A DNA stretch of 64,000 nt from Eledone cirrhosa (taxonomy: Eukaryota). The translations under genes were made by a program, and so were the position numbers. The stretch spans positions 58,714,001-58,778,000 of the forward strand of contig OZ024748.1 in the NCBI GenBank assembly GCA_964016885.1, read 5' to 3'. Within the stretch, counting starts at the first letter, position 1; the number at the start of each line of letters is the position of its first letter. Shown piece by piece: positions 57,316 through 64,000 of the stretch. The notes below the pieces were generated by a model. The model saw nothing but the letters and a program-made list of their open reading frames with translations. It was not told the origin of the DNA and searched no databases.

Positions 57316-57753
57316 TTAAGGAAGCAGAAAATTGCTTATTGTGATCCAGTTCGTGGTTAAGAAAGCCAGTTTCATGGACGATTTCAACGTACGGTTAGGG
57401 GTAACTCCACAAGTTTGTAAGAATTCCGTTCAATCTTGGAGTATAAAGTATAAAAGAGAAAACACAGGTAAGCATTAAGAGAAGGATTTTATCCAGGAAT
57501 TTAGGACCGTTTCATTGATAAGTGCAACCTTATATTGCTATACTGCAAATAACAGCCACTCAATGATAATTGTTGTTCACGTCCAAATTTTCAAAATAGT
57601 GAGTCAATATTCTGAAAATTTGGACGTGAACAACAATTATCATTGAGTGGCTGCTATTTGCAGTATAGCAATATAAGGTTGCACTTACCAATGAAACGGT
57701 CGTAAATACCTGGATAAAATCCTTCTCTTAATGCTTACCTGAGTTTTCTCTTT

Positions 57754-57756
<3 letters not shown>
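57316..57756 (-). mobile_element. TA-flanked pLTR-like element with ~306 bp palindrome (57450-57755)
   Basis: Arms of ~150 bp with few mismatches meeting at ~57603; unpaired extension 57316-57449; (TA)n on both sides. Confidence 0.8.
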
Positions 57757-57784
<28 letters not shown>

Positions 57785-57788
<4 letters not shown>

Positions 57789-57936
57789 AAGTTTAACCCC
57801 GATGGCAGAGCTCAAGCCGTCGAAACGGCTTGAGCTCTGTCGTCTGCGTTAAACTTTTTCCTATTACCCACTTAACTACCCACTTGAGTACTCTGGTGCG
57901 TTATGGTCTATCTGTTTCCTTACCACACCTCCTTCG

Positions 57937-57938
<2 letters not shown>
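57785..57938 (+). mobile_element. Most complete family E copy: 76-nt hairpin + ~80-nt tail
   Basis: 'gaaaaagtttaaccccgatggcagagctcaagccgt-cgaa-acggcttgagctctgtcgtctgcgttaaactttttc' then tail; (TA)n on both sides. Confidence 0.82.
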
Positions 57939-57983
<45 letters not shown>

Positions 57984-59789
57984 GAGAGAGAGGGAGATTA
58001 AATGATCTTAAATCTGGCAGTGATGGCTAGACTGTAATTCATTAAAGATTTCTAATGATACAAAACATGTCTAAAGTAATTACATCACTGACATACGTTA
58101 TACTTACACCCTATTACATTCTATTTTTATACTATTTTTAATTTATTCTGATTCCACGTTATTCTCCTCTGCTTTTCGTAGAATTCCTCATTAAGATGAT
58201 GATTTGTTGTATCGCCTACACGAATAATTTGTTATTAATTTTAAATCTCTTCAGTCACTACATTATATATATATATACCACTTGCTGGGTTTTTTTGTGT
58301 AGCAGGTGTGCTTCAAATGTTCTCTATTCATTATATATGACTACGTAACAAATCGACATTTCATTGTTTCCAAATATCACCTATTGAGCGATTAGTTTCA
58401 CTCCTACCATCCCCAAGAGGTTTATAACAATAAAGGAGTTGAAGAAAAGAATTCAGAGATAAGAATAACGCCTAAAACAATAGTGAAATGAAGGACATGT
58501 TGCTAGTGGTTGTTACGTCAAAAGACTATGAAAAATAATGTAGAAATTCTTGACGTATCTTTGTGAAGAATGTCGTATTTCATGAATAATGTATCTGACA
58601 GCAATATTCCCCAATATAGTTTACTTATTCTTCGTCTTTCGTTTTCCTTTTTGCTTGTGTTTTCTTATCCACGTTTTCTTTCTACTAAATCTCTGCGTTA
58701 TTTGTTGTGCTTTTGTGTTGTTGTTGTTTTGTTTTTTGTTTTGTTTTTTGTTTTTATGCTTTTTGTTTTGCTTTTTTTTTCAAAGCTATTTCCTAATTCA
58801 CTGAAAGCTTGTTTATTTATATATCTATTTTTTAATTTTCATAAATACTTTTCTGCAACGATATAGGGTGTCTGAAAAAGGTGAGAAAATGTTACTAACT
58901 GAAAAGTGTGTTGATAAAATCAGACATCAGCTCACATGAAATTAGATTTTGTCTAGCCTCCGGGTACCTCAGAGTTTATGGGTAAAAACCAACCTACATA
59001 TTAAAAGGAAACAAGAAGAAAATCGAAAGAAAATAGTGATTCAAAGAAGGCACCTACACATTCGCCAATATGGCCGCCACTCACTCGGAAAAAGAAATTA
59101 TCTTTTAGTAAAAATCGATATTTACACAAAAACAGTTGATCAATCAAATATTATTTTTCTGTTGTTGACTAGAAATTTATCATAAGCTTATATGTTCGTA
59201 ACTGTGATGAAAATAAATATGCGTTATCAATTGTACTGTCAAAATTTGTTACTTTAACAGTTTTTGTCATTTAAAAATATACCGCACAGCTATGGTTGTG
59301 TAGGGTATTTAAATATTCAATTTTACATCGACCTAGAAATTAAATTATTGTCAGTGTGTATGCATCCTGCCAACACTGTATTTATAACTTATTGTTAGCG
59401 TGTTTGAACGTGCGTGTTGATAGGTCTACTGTCTATTTCTGCCCGCTTCTATATTATTCGTAGAAAATAATGACATATTAACTTGACTCTGCATATTATG
59501 AGCTAGCATTCATAAATTTTATAGGAAGACGATATTTCAAGAACAGAAGCAAACATCCTAAACGGCCATAAAATATTGTGACAAACTAAGTCACGCATCC
59601 CATAAAATATAAAATATATCATTAACCACAAACTACCGAAAAGACAAATTTTAATAGACCTTCCATGGCAATCATAGTTAATTCTACAAACGAAAATAAT
59701 ACTGAAATATTATCGTTATATTTTTTGCTGTCGATATCTTTTTCAATAGTAATCAGCATATAAATGTTCATTATAAGGTTTATAAGTAG

Positions 59790-59826
<37 letters not shown>

Positions 59827-59970
59827 AATAAACAAATAAATAAACAAATATAAACACTCACAGACACCCGGATGTAACACATGCGAAACCTAGGCACACA
59901 ACACACACAAAAACAAGATGGCGTAGGATAGAACAAAGGAGAGGCACAAAAACAAAGAAAAGCATCCCCA

Positions 59971-60013
59971 GTCACTGAAGAGGTCACAGAATGTGTGACG
60001 AAAGAACTTTGAC
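59971..60013 (+). ncRNA. Minimal type I hammerhead ribozyme (family D) in a TA-flanked ~390 bp insert (59822-60208)
   Basis: gtca-CTGAAGA-g-gtcaca(gaatg)tgtgac-GAAA-gaac-TT-tgac; perfect stems I and II. Confidence 0.8.
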
Positions 60014-60217
60014 AATATATGAACAATCGTCTGGTTGTGGAACCAACCAACCAACCGGAAATTTATAAATTTAATTTATGATAAATTGAAGTGAAAGCAA
60101 CTGGTGCGTTTGTTTCTTATTGGCAACATGACCCTCCCAAAGCATAACAATATCGGTTTCAACACTCGTTTTCAGATAAAGAATCTTGCTAAACAAATTC
60201 AGAAACGATATATATAT

Positions 60218-60279
60218 ATAAATTTCTAGTCAACAACAGAAAAATAATATTTGATTGATCAACTGTTTTTGTGTAAATA
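60218..60279 (-). repeat. 62-bp exact inverted copy of 59119-59180 inside a TA tract
   Basis: Base-by-base reverse-complement identity. Confidence 0.93.
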
Positions 60280-60636
60280 ATATATATATATATATATATA
60301 TATGGAGGGGGGCAGCGCCATGGGCAAATCGTTTTTCCATAGTACCGTGTGAATTTGGGCAGACAGAACTATATAACAAAAAAATGTATTTATGAATTAC
60401 CTTATCAGTGCAATGACTAGGGTCTGAGTGTATATATATATATATGGGGCGGTATATATTCTTATGTACTTCAGTATCTTGTAAATATGTGTTTAGTGAA
60501 CGTAGATATAATGCTGAAATACATAGATAGCAACAATATGGTTCTAACTTTCAATAGACACAGCAAGAGAAAATATATATATGGTTATTTAAATGAACAT
60601 TTGATATATGATTCCATATACCCCTTTATATATATA

Positions 60637-63060
<2,424 letters not shown>

Positions 63061-63304
63061 AGCAACCAAAGTATATATGTTACCGTTATAGGGAATATAA
63101 AGTTATCGTTTTATCGTGTTTATCATATTTTTAATTTACAAGAAAATACGTATATTCGACATGTTTACATGCCAATACTCTACAAATATGTAAAGATATA
63201 TGAACATTTACGCAATTTCGGTTACTTCGTCGAATGCTTCGGCTACTTAGCGCACACCTTAATATATATCTTACTTAACTACTAACATAGTCTAGGGAGG
63301 GTAA

Positions 63305-63590
63305 AATTCCCGAGATCCATGGACGAGTTTTCTCCAGCGATCTGTCCCTCATTATCGCTGCCATGTCCTGCGTCTCCAAGATGCCAGTGTCTGTCCTTAG
63401 GGCATCAACATATGTTAACCTCGGTCTTCCTCTTCCAGTGTCAATTTTGGATGTTAACTACTAACATCTTGCTCCTTATATATTTCTTTTTGCCATTCCA
63501 CTCCTTTTTGTATTTTAACCATTCAGTGATGTTCTACCCAACAATAGAAAACCTCCTAGTGCTAATAATATGGAAATTAGTACATCCAAA
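63305..63590 (-). mobile_element. RTE-group LINE 3' remnant
   Basis: Minus frame 'GRGRPRLTYVDALRTDTGILETQDMAAIMRDRS'. Confidence 0.75.
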
Positions 63591-63594
63591 TTAT

Positions 63595-63805
63595 TGAAGG
63601 CGGGTGGCTGAGTGGTTAGAGAATTGGAATCGCAATCGTGAGATTGAGTTCGATTCCTGATTTGGGCGATGCGTTATATCCTTGAGCAAGACACTTTATT
63701 TCACGTTGCTCCTTCTACCTGGAGTTGCGACCGATAGATAGTATTAGCAATTGGAAAGACCAATGGAAACATTGTTTCCTCGGTCCGATTTGACGAAAGC
63801 CGATT
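63595..63805 (+). mobile_element. Second SINE family copy
   Basis: Near-identical to 30573-30792. Confidence 0.85.
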
Positions 63806-64000
63806 GTTCCTTAGTACATTCATTTAGGGATACTAATATGTGATAGGGTATATGAGCCCCTTGTTTACACATCCTTCTGGTTGTTAAGGTAATGTAAATA
63901 CCTTCTAATGAGAATGCAACAAGGTTCAAAATTGGATTAAATGTGTTTATCATGTTTGTTTTTTTTTTGTTTTTAAATCTGTAAGGAAAACCGTATTTTT

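Overview
AT-rich animal genomic DNA dominated by repeats. The SINE types suggest a mollusc, probably an octopod cephalopod (inference). No intact multi-exon gene can be supported; there are only weak exon candidates. The window holds about 25 copies of a tRNA-derived Deu/Nin-domain SINE, a second tRNA-head SINE, RTE LINE 3' remnants, Tc1/mariner and piggyBac-type DNA elements (including a fold-back mariner), multi-kb compound (TA)n tracts and a decayed Penelope-like retroelement (PLE; RT + GIY-YIG, Hydra-clade features). The main unexplained signal is a set of short non-coding inserts that sit in or next to (TA)n tracts. At least four unrelated sequence families among them carry a hand-verifiable minimal type I hammerhead ribozyme. 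They appear as partial tandem repeats or long fold-backs, consistent with a community of PLE-dependent pLTR/retrozyme elements that would yield self-cleaved, circular or dsRNA transcripts. All alignments and folds were done by eye, and boundaries of degenerate elements are approximate.
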